From an uncultured Acidobacteriota bacterium (GTDB taxonomy: Bacteria; Acidobacteriota; Thermoanaerobaculia; Multivoradales; JAHEKO01): 64,000 bases of DNA. The stretch lies in NCBI GenBank assembly GCA_963713825.1, contig CAVQNG010000034.1, positions 64,001-128,000 of the forward strand, read 5' to 3'. The number at the start of each line of letters is the position of its first letter. Position 1 is the stretch's first letter. This document shows, in pieces, positions 33,176 to 41,757 of this stretch. The translations under genes were made by a program, and so were the position numbers. The notes under the pieces were generated by a model. That model was not told the origin of the DNA. It searched no databases and saw only the letters and a list, made by a program, of their open reading frames with translations.

Positions 33176-35273
33176 ATCGTTGTTGAAGCCCCAGTCGGTT
33201 GCAGTTCTCGGCGCCTCGCGGAATGCCGGTAAGGTCGGCCACGAAGTCCTGGCCAACCTGCTGAAAGGAGGTTTCGAGGGGGCCATCTACCCGGTAAACC
33301 CGGGAGCCGAGGAGATCCTGGGCCTGCGCTGCTACCCGGACGTTGCTTCCATCGGCGAGCCGGTGGATCTCTGCCTGGTCGCGTTGCCCGTCGCCAAGGT
33401 CGAGGCAGCGGTCAAGGAAGCTCTGGCCTCCAAGGTCGGGGCGATGGTCATCCTGACCGCCGGTTTCAAGGAGGTGGGGGAGGATGGAGCCGACCTCGAG
33501 GCGAGAATCGCCGGTCTCTGTGGCCAGCATCGGGTCCGGCTCATGGGTCCGAACTCTGTGGGGCTGATCAACGCGCATCATGCGCTGAACGCCACCTTTG
33601 CACCCGTCATGCCTCCTGCCGGAGGCATTTCGGTGATCTCGCAGTCCGGCGCCCTCTGTGTCGCCATTCTGGATTGGGCCGCAAGTCAGGGAATCGGCTT
33701 GGGGACTACGGTCAGCTTCGGCAACAAGGCCGACCTCAATGAGGTCGACTTCCTGGAGGCGCTGGCCGAGGACGAGCAGACGCGGGTTATCACCGGCTAT
33801 CTAGAGAGCATCGACGATGGCGAGAGGTTTCTGGCAGCTGCCCAGGAGGCGGCCGACATCAAGCCGGTTGTGATTCTCAAGGTTGGGGTGACGGCCGCTG
33901 GTGCCAAAGCGGCCTCATCCCACACCGGCAGCCTGGCGGGTGCGGACATTGCCTATTGGGCTGCCTTCAAGCGCGCCGGCGTGATTCGAGCCGAGACGTT
34001 CGAGTCGCTGTTCGACTACGCGCAAGCCTTCGCCATGCAACCTCTGCCAAAAGGTAGGCGTCTGGCGGTCATCACCAATGCTGGCGGGCCGGGCATCATG
34101 GCCGCGGATGCGGCGGAAGGCTCGGGGCTGGACTTGGCGTCGCCGGATGCTGTCACGCAGAAGGCCCTGCGAGCGACGCTGCCGGCCGAGGCTGCAGTGG
34201 GCAATCCGATTGATGTCATCGGGGACGCGGATCCTGACCGCTACATGGCCGCGTTCGAGACGGTCCAAGCCAGTGATTTCAGCGATGCGATCCTGCTGAT
34301 CGCGACGCCCCAGAACATGACCAGGCCGGTGGAGCTGGCGAATCGGCTGGCCGCAGCCCATGACGGCAAGAAACCGCTTGTGGCGGCGTTCATGGGTGGT
34401 GACGGAGTGGAAGAGGCGCGGCGCATTCTGACGGCGCTGAACATCCCGAGCTATCCATCCCCTGAGAGGGCCGTCCGGGCACTCAGGGGGATGGCGGACT
34501 ACGCTGCTTGGCGCGACAGACCCCCCCGGGTTGTAACCCGTTTCCCCGTCAATCGACGCCGAGTCGAAAGGGTGATCCGGTGGCACAGACGAATGAAGCT
34601 CGATCAGATCGGTGAGGTGGAAGGCAAAGAGATCCTGCGGGCCTATGACTTCACCATTCCTCCCGGCCGTCTTTGCGAAACGTCGAGCCAGGCCGTCGAG
34701 GCTGCCAATCAAATTGGCTATCCGGTGGTGATGAAGATCGTCTCACCGGACATCATCCACAAGTCGGACGTTGGGGGTGTGCGGCTCAGTCTGGCCACGT
34801 CCGAGCAGGTCAGGGACGCCTTCGACCTACTGATGCTCCGATCGACCCGCAGCGTGCCGGAAGCCCGGGTCCGTGGCGCTTATGTGGAGGCTATGGGAAA
34901 GCGGGGCCGCGAGGTGATTCTGGGAATGACCCGGGATCCCCAGTTCGGACCGATGCTGATGTTCGGTCTTGGTGGGATTTTCGTCGAGGTCATGAAGGAC
35001 GTGACTTTTCACCTGGCGCCGATCACCGCAGAGGAAGCCATGCAGATGCTGAGAGCCACCCGTTCCTACGCTCTGCTGACCGGTGCGCGCGGAGAATCCG
35101 CAGTGGATCTGGAAGCGATCGCCGGCGGTCTGCAACGCATCAGCCAACTGTCGACGGACTACCCCGAGATCGTCGAGCTGGATCTGAATCCCTTTATCGT
35201 GGGGCAGGTGGGCGGTGAATCCTATGTTGCCGATGCCCGTATGGCCTTGGGCCCCCAGGAGGTGGAGAAATGA
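33168..35273 (+). CDS. ADP-forming acetate/acyl-CoA ligase, fused alpha-beta (AcdAB-like)
   Basis: PQSVAVLGAS CoA-binding domain, GPN, SQSGA, phospho-His motif AASSHTGSLAG, TNAGGPG, ATP-grasp IIHKSDVGGV, FGLGGIFVE, LDLNP. Confidence 0.92.
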   Translation: MLESLLKPQSVAVLGASRNAGKVGHEVLANLLKGGFEGAIYPVNPGAEEILGLRCYPDVASIGEPVDLCLVALPVAKVEAAVKEALASKVGAMVILTAGFKEVGEDGADLEARIAGLCGQHRVRLMGPNSVGLINAHHALNATFAPVMPPAGGISVISQSGALCVAILDWAASQGIGLGTTVSFGNKADLNEVDFLEALAEDEQTRVITGYLESIDDGERFLAAAQEAADIKPVVILKVGVTAAGAKAASSHTGSLAGADIAYWAAFKRAGVIRAETFESLFDYAQAFAMQPLPKGRRLAVITNAGGPGIMAADAAEGSGLDLASPDAVTQKALRATLPAEAAVGNPIDVIGDADPDRYMAAFETVQASDFSDAILLIATPQNMTRPVELANRLAAAHDGKKPLVAAFMGGDGVEEARRILTALNIPSYPSPERAVRALRGMADYAAWRDRPPRVVTRFPVNRRRVERVIRWHRRMKLDQIGEVEGKEILRAYDFTIPPGRLCETSSQAVEAANQIGYPVVMKIVSPDIIHKSDVGGVRLSLATSEQVRDAFDLLMLRSTRSVPEARVRGAYVEAMGKRGREVILGMTRDPQFGPMLMFGLGGIFVEVMKDVTFHLAPITAEEAMQMLRATRSYALLTGARGESAVDLEAIAGGLQRISQLSTDYPEIVELDLNPFIVGQVGGESYVADARMALGPQEVEK

Positions 35274-37135
35274 GTCGCTTCGACACTGCCTGGAAGGAGA
35301 AGTACTCGGACATGATCGCCACTGCTGACGAGGCTGTCGCCAGTTTGCAGCCTGGGCAGAGGGTCTTCATCGGGACCGGTTGTGCCGAGCCCCTCGAGCT
35401 GGTGCGAGCGCTCACCAAGCGGTCGCAGGAGCTGCCCGATACCGAGATCGTGCATCTCTTGACCTTCGGCGAGGCGCCTTACGCGCACCGGGAGATGACC
35501 CGCTACTTTCGCATCAACAGCTTCTTCATCGCGGAGAACGTCAGGGAGATCATCCAAGAGGGTCTCGGGGACTACACCCCCGTCTTCCTGTCAGACATCC
35601 CACGCCTGTTCAGTAGCGGACAATTGCCGCTGGACGCGGCTCTCATTCAGGTGACACCACCCGATGAGAATGGCATGTGCAGTCTCGGCGTGTCGGTCGA
35701 TATAGTCAGGAGCGCGGCGGAAAACGCCTCGTTGGTCATCGCGCAGGTCAACCCCAACATGCCGTGGACGCACGGTACGTCCCAGATCCACGTCTTCGAC
35801 CTGGATGTCTTGGTTCCCAGTGACGAGCCGATCCTCGAGACTTCCTACGCCGAGGCCACGGAAGACACTCGCCAGATTGCCGAGTACGTTGCGGCCCTGG
35901 TCGAGGACGGCTCCACGATCGAAGTCGGTATCGGGCGAATTCCCCATGCGCTGCTTTCGTTCCTCGCAGGGAAAAAGGACCTCGGCATCCACACCGAGAT
36001 GATCACTGACGGAATCGTCGATCTCATCGAGGCTGGAGTCATCAACGGTAGCCGCAAGACGCTGGACAGAGGCAAGATTGTCGCCAGCTTCTGCCTCGGT
36101 ACCCGCAAGCTCTACGACTACATCGACGACAATCCACTCTTCAGTTTTCGGCCCACCGAGTACGTCAATGACCCGTTCATCATTAGTCAGCATCACAAGA
36201 TGGTGGCCATCAACGTCGCTCTGGAAGTGGATCTCACAGGACAGGTCTGCGCCGATTCGATCGGCACCAAGTTCTTCTCGGGCGTCGGAGGTCAAGTCGA
36301 CTTCAACCGTGGTGCTGCGCGAGCTCACAAGGGCAAGGCTATTATCGCCCTACCCTCGACTGCCAGAGGCGGCAGTGTGTCACGCATCGTGACGTACTTG
36401 AGCCCCGGAGCGGGAGTTGTCACCACGAGGGCGGACGTGCACTACGTGATCACCGAGTACGGCGCGGCCTACCTCCATGGCAAGAGCGTTCAGGAAAGGG
36501 CTCTGGCCCTGATCTCCGTGGCGCATCCGGATTTTCGAGCCAAGCTGCTCCGCGATGCCATCGAGGCTCGGTATCTGTCGGCGGATTTCGCCGATGTCGA
36601 AGGCAAGATCGTCATTGGCCCCAAAGAGCTATCCACCACCATGCTTCTCACCGATGGGACACAGATCGGATTCCGTCCGATTCATCCCACCGATGAGCAT
36701 CGGATGAGAAACCTCTTCTACGAGCTGTCCCAGCAGACGATCTACTACCGTTTCATGAGCGACCTGAAACGGCTGCCTCGCAAGCAGATTCAGGACTTCG
36801 TCTACATCGATCACCGCAACGACATCGCCGTCGTCGGAACCGTGCCGGAGGCCGACGGGGAGCGCATCGTGGCCATCGGTCGCTACTTCCTGGATCCGAC
36901 CACGAACCTTGCCGAGGTCGCCTTCGTCGTGCTCGACGGATGGCAGGGCAAGGGCATAGGGACCTTTCTCTTCAATCACCTGATGAAGATCGCCAGGCGC
37001 AACGGCATCCGAGGCTTCACGGCAGAAGTCCTGTCCCAGAATAGAGCCATGCAGGCCGTCTTCGACCGCAGCAACTGCAAGACGCGCAGCCGCCTCGCCG
37101 AAGGGGTCTACAGCTACGAGATGATCTTCGATTGA
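35270..37135 (+). CDS. Acyl-CoA hydrolase/CoA-transferase fused to a C-terminal Pat-type GNAT acetyltransferase
   Basis: N-terminal ~430 aa: DLGIHTEM, GVGGQVDF, VVTTRADVHYVITEYG. C-terminus: RPIHPTD, YYRF, IVAIGRY, AEVAFVV, WQGKGIG. Confidence 0.9.
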   Translation: MSRFDTAWKEKYSDMIATADEAVASLQPGQRVFIGTGCAEPLELVRALTKRSQELPDTEIVHLLTFGEAPYAHREMTRYFRINSFFIAENVREIIQEGLGDYTPVFLSDIPRLFSSGQLPLDAALIQVTPPDENGMCSLGVSVDIVRSAAENASLVIAQVNPNMPWTHGTSQIHVFDLDVLVPSDEPILETSYAEATEDTRQIAEYVAALVEDGSTIEVGIGRIPHALLSFLAGKKDLGIHTEMITDGIVDLIEAGVINGSRKTLDRGKIVASFCLGTRKLYDYIDDNPLFSFRPTEYVNDPFIISQHHKMVAINVALEVDLTGQVCADSIGTKFFSGVGGQVDFNRGAARAHKGKAIIALPSTARGGSVSRIVTYLSPGAGVVTTRADVHYVITEYGAAYLHGKSVQERALALISVAHPDFRAKLLRDAIEARYLSADFADVEGKIVIGPKELSTTMLLTDGTQIGFRPIHPTDEHRMRNLFYELSQQTIYYRFMSDLKRLPRKQIQDFVYIDHRNDIAVVGTVPEADGERIVAIGRYFLDPTTNLAEVAFVVLDGWQGKGIGTFLFNHLMKIARRNGIRGFTAEVLSQNRAMQAVFDRSNCKTRSRLAEGVYSYEMIFD

Positions 37136-37167
37136 GCTTGATTCTGCTCGATCGAGGCAGAGAAAAA

Positions 37168-37195
37168 GCCGCCGACTCGAGCTCGAGTCGGCGGC
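37168..37195. terminator. Bidirectional terminator-like perfect palindrome between convergent genes
   Basis: GCCGCCGACTCGAG|CTCGAGTCGGCGGC, preceded by AGAAAAA and followed by CGATTTT. Confidence 0.7.
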
Positions 37196-37217
37196 CGATT
37201 TTGACTCCCTGGCTACC

Positions 37218-39536
37218 CTAGCCGACCGGTACGATATCCGGCTCTTCTTCTTCCAATTCGGCCATCGGTGGCAATTCCAGGTCACTGGCCTCCTGGGCAT
37301 CGACGACGGCGATGGCGGCCATGTTCACCACATCCTTGGCCTCGCAGCCGTATTGCAGTAAGTGAACCGGCAGGTTCATGCCGGTGAGAATCGGGCCAAT
37401 CGCCTCGGCCCCTGCCAGTCGCTGGACCAACTTGAAAGCGACATTCGCCGACTGGATTTCTGGAAAGACCAGCACGTTCGCGCGGCGCTTCAAGTTGCTG
37501 AAAGGGTAGAACTCCTCGATCAGCCTCGGTTCGACCGCGGTGTCCGCCTGCATCTCCCCGTCCACCATGAGGTCGGGTCTGCGGAGGCGGACCAGTTCGG
37601 TCGCCTTCTGGACCTTCGTGACATCTGGATGAGAGACACTCCCAAAATTGGAGAACGAGAGCATCGCGACGCGCGGCTCGACGTGGAAATGTTCGGCGAC
37701 TTCGGCGCTGCTCAAGGCGATGTCTGCCAGCTCTTCGGCGGAAGGATTGATGTTCACGGTTGGATCCGCGAAGAAGTAGACCCTGTCCTTGACGATCATC
37801 ATGAAGACGCTGGCGACGATCGACAGATCAGGCCGTGGCCCGATGATCTTGAGGAAGGTCCGCAGCGTCTCGGGGTAGTGATGACTGATGCCACCCACGA
37901 CAGCGTCGGCATCGCCTTGCCTGAGCATCATGGCGCCCCAGGCCATGGGATCCCGCAGGGCATTGCGAGCGTCGGCTCGGGTGATGCCCTTGCGGTGGCG
38001 AAGGTCGAACAACGCCTCGGTGTACTGCTTCCACCGGTCCTTGTTGGCCGTCGGCTCCTCGATGACGACGTTGTCGAGGTGGAGATCCAGCTCATCGATC
38101 CGTCGGCGGATGCGTTCCTCGTTGCCGAGCAGGACAGGCTCCGCGAAACCCTCGTCGACGATGACTTGCGCCGCCCGCAGGATCTTTCGATCCGCTCCTT
38201 CGGGAAGCACCAGCCGCTTGGGAGCGATCTTGGCGCGATTGATAATGATGCGCATCACGTGCTGCGCCTTGCCGAGACGCCTCTCGAGCTCTTCCTTGTA
38301 CTCCTCGATGTCCACGGGGTGCTGAGCCACGCCGCTGTCCATGGCGGCCTGGGCGACGGCTGCGGCCTCCCAGATGAGAACCCGATGATCGAACGGCTTC
38401 GGGATCAGGTACTCCCGTCCGAAATGGAGGGTATCCACTCCGTAGGCGTTCATGACCGAGTCGGGCACGTCCTGTTTGGCGAGATCGGCCAACGCCTTCG
38501 TCGCCGCCAGCTTCATCTCTTCGTTGATGGTTGTGGCTCGGACATCCAAGGCACCCCTGAAGATGAAGGGGAAGCCGAGGACGTTATTGACCTGGTTGGG
38601 ATAGTCGGAGCGGCCGGTGGCCATGATCACGTCCGAACGAGCCGCCTTCGCATCGTCGTAAGTGATTTCCGGATCGGGGTTCGCCATGGCGAAGATGATC
38701 GGATTCTCGGCCATGCTACGCACCATGTCCTGGCTGACCTGATCCGCCTTGGAGAGTCCTACGAAGACGTCCGCGCCAGCGATGGCGTCAGCTAGGGTCC
38801 TGGCGTCGGTGTCGTTCGCCAGCTTCTCCTTGAAGGGGTTCATGCCCTCCTTGCGACCCTTGTAGACAACCCCCTTGCTGTCGCAGAGCATGAGGTTCTC
38901 GGGATTGACTCCGAGGCTGATGTAGAAGGTGGCGCAGGCAATGCCGCTGGCTCCGGCACCGTTGAATACGACTCGTGCCTCACCGATGTCCTTGCCGACC
39001 AACTCCAGGGCGTTCAGCAGCGCGGCGCCAGAGATGATCGCCGTGCCGTGCTGATCGTCGTGGAAGACCGGAATCGACAGCTTCTTTTTGAGGGCCTCTT
39101 CGATATAGAAGCACTCGGGTGCCTTGATGTCCTCCAGATTGATGCCGCCGAAAGTGGGCTCCAGCAGCTCGCAGGCCTTGATGATCTCATCGGGGTCGTG
39201 ACTGTCGATTTCAATGTCGAAGACATCCACGTCGGCGAACCTCTTGAAAAGGACGCCCTTGCCCTCCATGACCGGCTTGCCGGCGAGGGCTCCAATGTCG
39301 CCGAGGCCCAGAACCGCAGTGCCGTTCGACACCACTGCCACGAGATTGCCCCTACCCGTGTAGCGATAAGCCTCTTCCGGCGCCTCGTGAATCCGGCGAC
39401 AGGGCACGGCTACACCTGGTGTGTAGGCGAGGGACAGATCTCGTTGGGTGATACAGGGTTTGCTCGAGATGACCTCCAGCTTGCCAGGACGCCCTTTCGA
39501 GTGGTAATCGAGAGCTTCTTGATCACGAATCTTCAT
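37218..39536 (-). CDS. maeB: NADP-dependent malic enzyme with C-terminal PTA-like domain
   Basis: [50 protein letters not shown] domain [17 protein letters not shown]. Confidence 0.96.
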   Translation of the reverse strand: MKIRDQEALDYHSKGRPGKLEVISSKPCITQRDLSLAYTPGVAVPCRRIHEAPEEAYRYTGRGNLVAVVSNGTAVLGLGDIGALAGKPVMEGKGVLFKRFADVDVFDIEIDSHDPDEIIKACELLEPTFGGINLEDIKAPECFYIEEALKKKLSIPVFHDDQHGTAIISGAALLNALELVGKDIGEARVVFNGAGASGIACATFYISLGVNPENLMLCDSKGVVYKGRKEGMNPFKEKLANDTDARTLADAIAGADVFVGLSKADQVSQDMVRSMAENPIIFAMANPDPEITYDDAKAARSDVIMATGRSDYPNQVNNVLGFPFIFRGALDVRATTINEEMKLAATKALADLAKQDVPDSVMNAYGVDTLHFGREYLIPKPFDHRVLIWEAAAVAQAAMDSGVAQHPVDIEEYKEELERRLGKAQHVMRIIINRAKIAPKRLVLPEGADRKILRAAQVIVDEGFAEPVLLGNEERIRRRIDELDLHLDNVVIEEPTANKDRWKQYTEALFDLRHRKGITRADARNALRDPMAWGAMMLRQGDADAVVGGISHHYPETLRTFLKIIGPRPDLSIVASVFMMIVKDRVYFFADPTVNINPSAEELADIALSSAEVAEHFHVEPRVAMLSFSNFGSVSHPDVTKVQKATELVRLRRPDLMVDGEMQADTAVEPRLIEEFYPFSNLKRRANVLVFPEIQSANVAFKLVQRLAGAEAIGPILTGMNLPVHLLQYGCEAKDVVNMAAIAVVDAQEASDLELPPMAELEEEEPDIVPVG

Positions 39537-39687
39537 GACAATCGTCCTCCTCGGGACTCTCCCTCAGTGGAGGTCCCAGCTGCCCAAAACTGTGACACCA
39601 GAATCCTGGCTTCGCAACGCCCCGATTAGGGAGTTTGCACCTACTCCGTAGGGTAGGCAGCAACTGGCACTTTAGGCTGCCTCTAGA

Positions 39688-41211
39688 TCAGGCTTGATAA
39701 CGACGGTCGAGCGATCGGTACTGAATCGCTTCCGCCAGATGTGGTGGCTGAACCGCAGGACAGCCTTCGAGATCGGCGATGGTGCGTGCCACCCTGAGCA
39801 GCCGGTGCACGGATCGCGCCGAAAGGCCGAGCTTCTCGAAGGCTGTTTCGAGGAGAGACCTCCCAGCTCGAGTCAGATCGCAGGCGTCCTCGAGGGCGTC
39901 TCCGCTGAGGGAGGAGTTGTAGGGGGTGGGAAAGCCGTCCTCGAACCTGGTGCCCTGGAGCGTTCGGGCAGCTTGGATACGAGTGGCTACAGTGGCCGTC
40001 GATTCTCCGGACCTGCCGTCGAGCTCCTCGAGCGAGATCGCTGGCACTTCGATGTGCAGATCGATCCGATCCAGGAGAGGTCCCGAGATCTTCGAGCGGT
40101 ACCTCGCAACCTGGGCTGGCGGGCAGACGCACTCGTGCCGTGTGTCGCCGAGATGCCCGCAGGGGCAGGGGTTCATGGCTGCCAGCAGAATGAAACGAGC
40201 CGGGAACCGCAAACGGGCACGGGCCCGCACAACGGTGAGCTCGCCTTCCTCCATGGGTTGGCGCAGCGCCTCGAGGGTGTCCCTTCGGAACTCGGGAAGC
40301 TCGTCGAGGAATAGGACTCCGTGATGGGCCAGCGTCGCTTCTCCGGGTCGGGGGAAGCTGCCACCGCCAACCATGCCGGCGGTGCTGATACTGGGGTGGG
40401 GGCTGCGAAACGGCCGCGAAGTCACCAGGCCTTCGGGAGGGTCTGCTGCCACCAGCGACTGGACCTTCGTCACGGCGATTGCTTCGGTTTGGGTCAGGGC
40501 AGGCAGAAGCGGTCCCAGTCTTCGCGCCAGCATGGTCTTACCCGCACCGGGAGGGCCGATGAGCAGCATGTTGTGCCCGCCTGCGGCGGCGATCTCGAGG
40601 GCTCTCTTGGCGGCCTCCTGGCCTCGCACCTCGGCCAGGTCGGGCCTGCTCGCACCTACCAGGTGGATCGGTGGCCGACCCTGACGAGGTGGTAATGGAG
40701 AGTTGCCCACCAGGTGCTCGATGGTCTCGGCCAGGTTGCGAACTCCCACGACCGGGACTGCGTCGAGCGCCGCAGCTTCGGCGCTGTTCGCAGCCGGGAG
40801 GAGAACCTCGGTGACTCCCTGTCTACATCCGAGCTCAGCGATGGCGAGCGCTCCGCGAATGGGCCGAATACCGCCATCGAGCCCCAATTCGCCGCAGAAG
40901 AGACGGCCGTCGAGACAATCGGGCGGGATCTGGTCGTAGGCCGACAACAGGGCCAACGCAATCGCCAGATCCAGGTGGTTGCCCTCCTTGCGGACGTCCG
41001 CTGGAGCCAGGTTGATAATCACCGCTCGGGGCTCGAGCTTGAAGCCACAGTTTCGGATCGCCGAGCGCACCCGTTCACGACTCTCCCGTACGGCGGTATC
41101 CGGCAACCCGACGATCTGCATCTGCGGCAGGGCGTTGTGGAGATCCACCTCGATCTGAATGGGTATGGCCTCCACACCCCAGGGCGAGGCCGAAGTGGCA
41201 CGAGCCAGCAT
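39688..41211 (-). CDS. comM: YifB/ComM family AAA+ ATPase (Mg-chelatase-like)
   Basis: VGLPDTAVRESRERV, INLAPADVRKEG, GPPGAGKT, LFLDELPEF, MNPCPCG, SGPLLDRIDL. Start placed at ATG 41211. Confidence 0.93.
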   Translation of the reverse strand: MLARATSASPWGVEAIPIQIEVDLHNALPQMQIVGLPDTAVRESRERVRSAIRNCGFKLEPRAVIINLAPADVRKEGNHLDLAIALALLSAYDQIPPDCLDGRLFCGELGLDGGIRPIRGALAIAELGCRQGVTEVLLPAANSAEAAALDAVPVVGVRNLAETIEHLVGNSPLPPRQGRPPIHLVGASRPDLAEVRGQEAAKRALEIAAAGGHNMLLIGPPGAGKTMLARRLGPLLPALTQTEAIAVTKVQSLVAADPPEGLVTSRPFRSPHPSISTAGMVGGGSFPRPGEATLAHHGVLFLDELPEFRRDTLEALRQPMEEGELTVVRARARLRFPARFILLAAMNPCPCGHLGDTRHECVCPPAQVARYRSKISGPLLDRIDLHIEVPAISLEELDGRSGESTATVATRIQAARTLQGTRFEDGFPTPYNSSLSGDALEDACDLTRAGRSLLETAFEKLGLSARSVHRLLRVARTIADLEGCPAVQPPHLAEAIQYRSLDRRYQA

Positions 41212-41323
41212 CGTCTTGAAAGACGAATACGACGACCGGAATCTTGCACCCTGTCCGTGCCGTAAACCCCGTCTGGCAAATTGCGGGCGGGAATGGGCTC
41301 TGATTCTTCGATGGGCGCGCCTC

Positions 41324-41665
41324 GGTACTGACAAGCCAAGGCGCTGACTGGCAGACTACGCCGATGAATGCGAAAACATCGAGCTACCACGGGTACCGGA
41401 TCCCGCCCGAGATCATCCGACAGCCGTCTCGGAAGTCTGGTGCGGAGTACGCACGAAAGCTCAAGCCCAACGATTCTTGTCGATCCAGGGAGTCATCCTG
41501 AATCTCTTCAGGGTCGGACGGCATCTGCTTGGGCCAGCCAACCACCGGATGCTGCGAGCCGGCTCGTTCCTCGTTTGGTCTGAGGTGACTCGCGCCTGAC
41601 TGATCCAGAAACGAGCTGCCTTTTGGGCCCAAGCCTCGCTCGGCAGACGCTAGGTTGACAGTACC
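41324..41665 (+). mobile_element. Internally deleted IS6-family element (transposase pseudogene with both ends)
   Basis: Imperfect terminal IRs GGTACTGACAAG (41324) and reverse complement GGTACTGTCAAC (ending 41665). ATG 41364 gives MNAKTSSYHGYRIPPEII, then RKSGAEYARKL. A second frame, 41456-41599, gives AQAQRFLSIQGVILNLFRVGRHLL...WSEVTRA*. All resemble IS6 transposase segments. Confidence 0.82.
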
Positions 41666-41757
41666 CTCGGCAGTCAACCCGGACACAATCGCTGGGCTAA
41701 TACAAAAGGCCGAACTGCCTTCGCGCCCTCGGGGAGACAGTGTTACGGTAACTATCT

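Noticed and set aside
39688-41211. comM as an interrupted integration hotspot
   Set aside because: The reading frame is intact; the islet begins upstream of the gene and no integrase is present.
41384-41686. 100-aa minus-strand ORF in the comM-SPS gap
   Set aside because: It is the reverse reading of the IS6 relic, not an independent gene.
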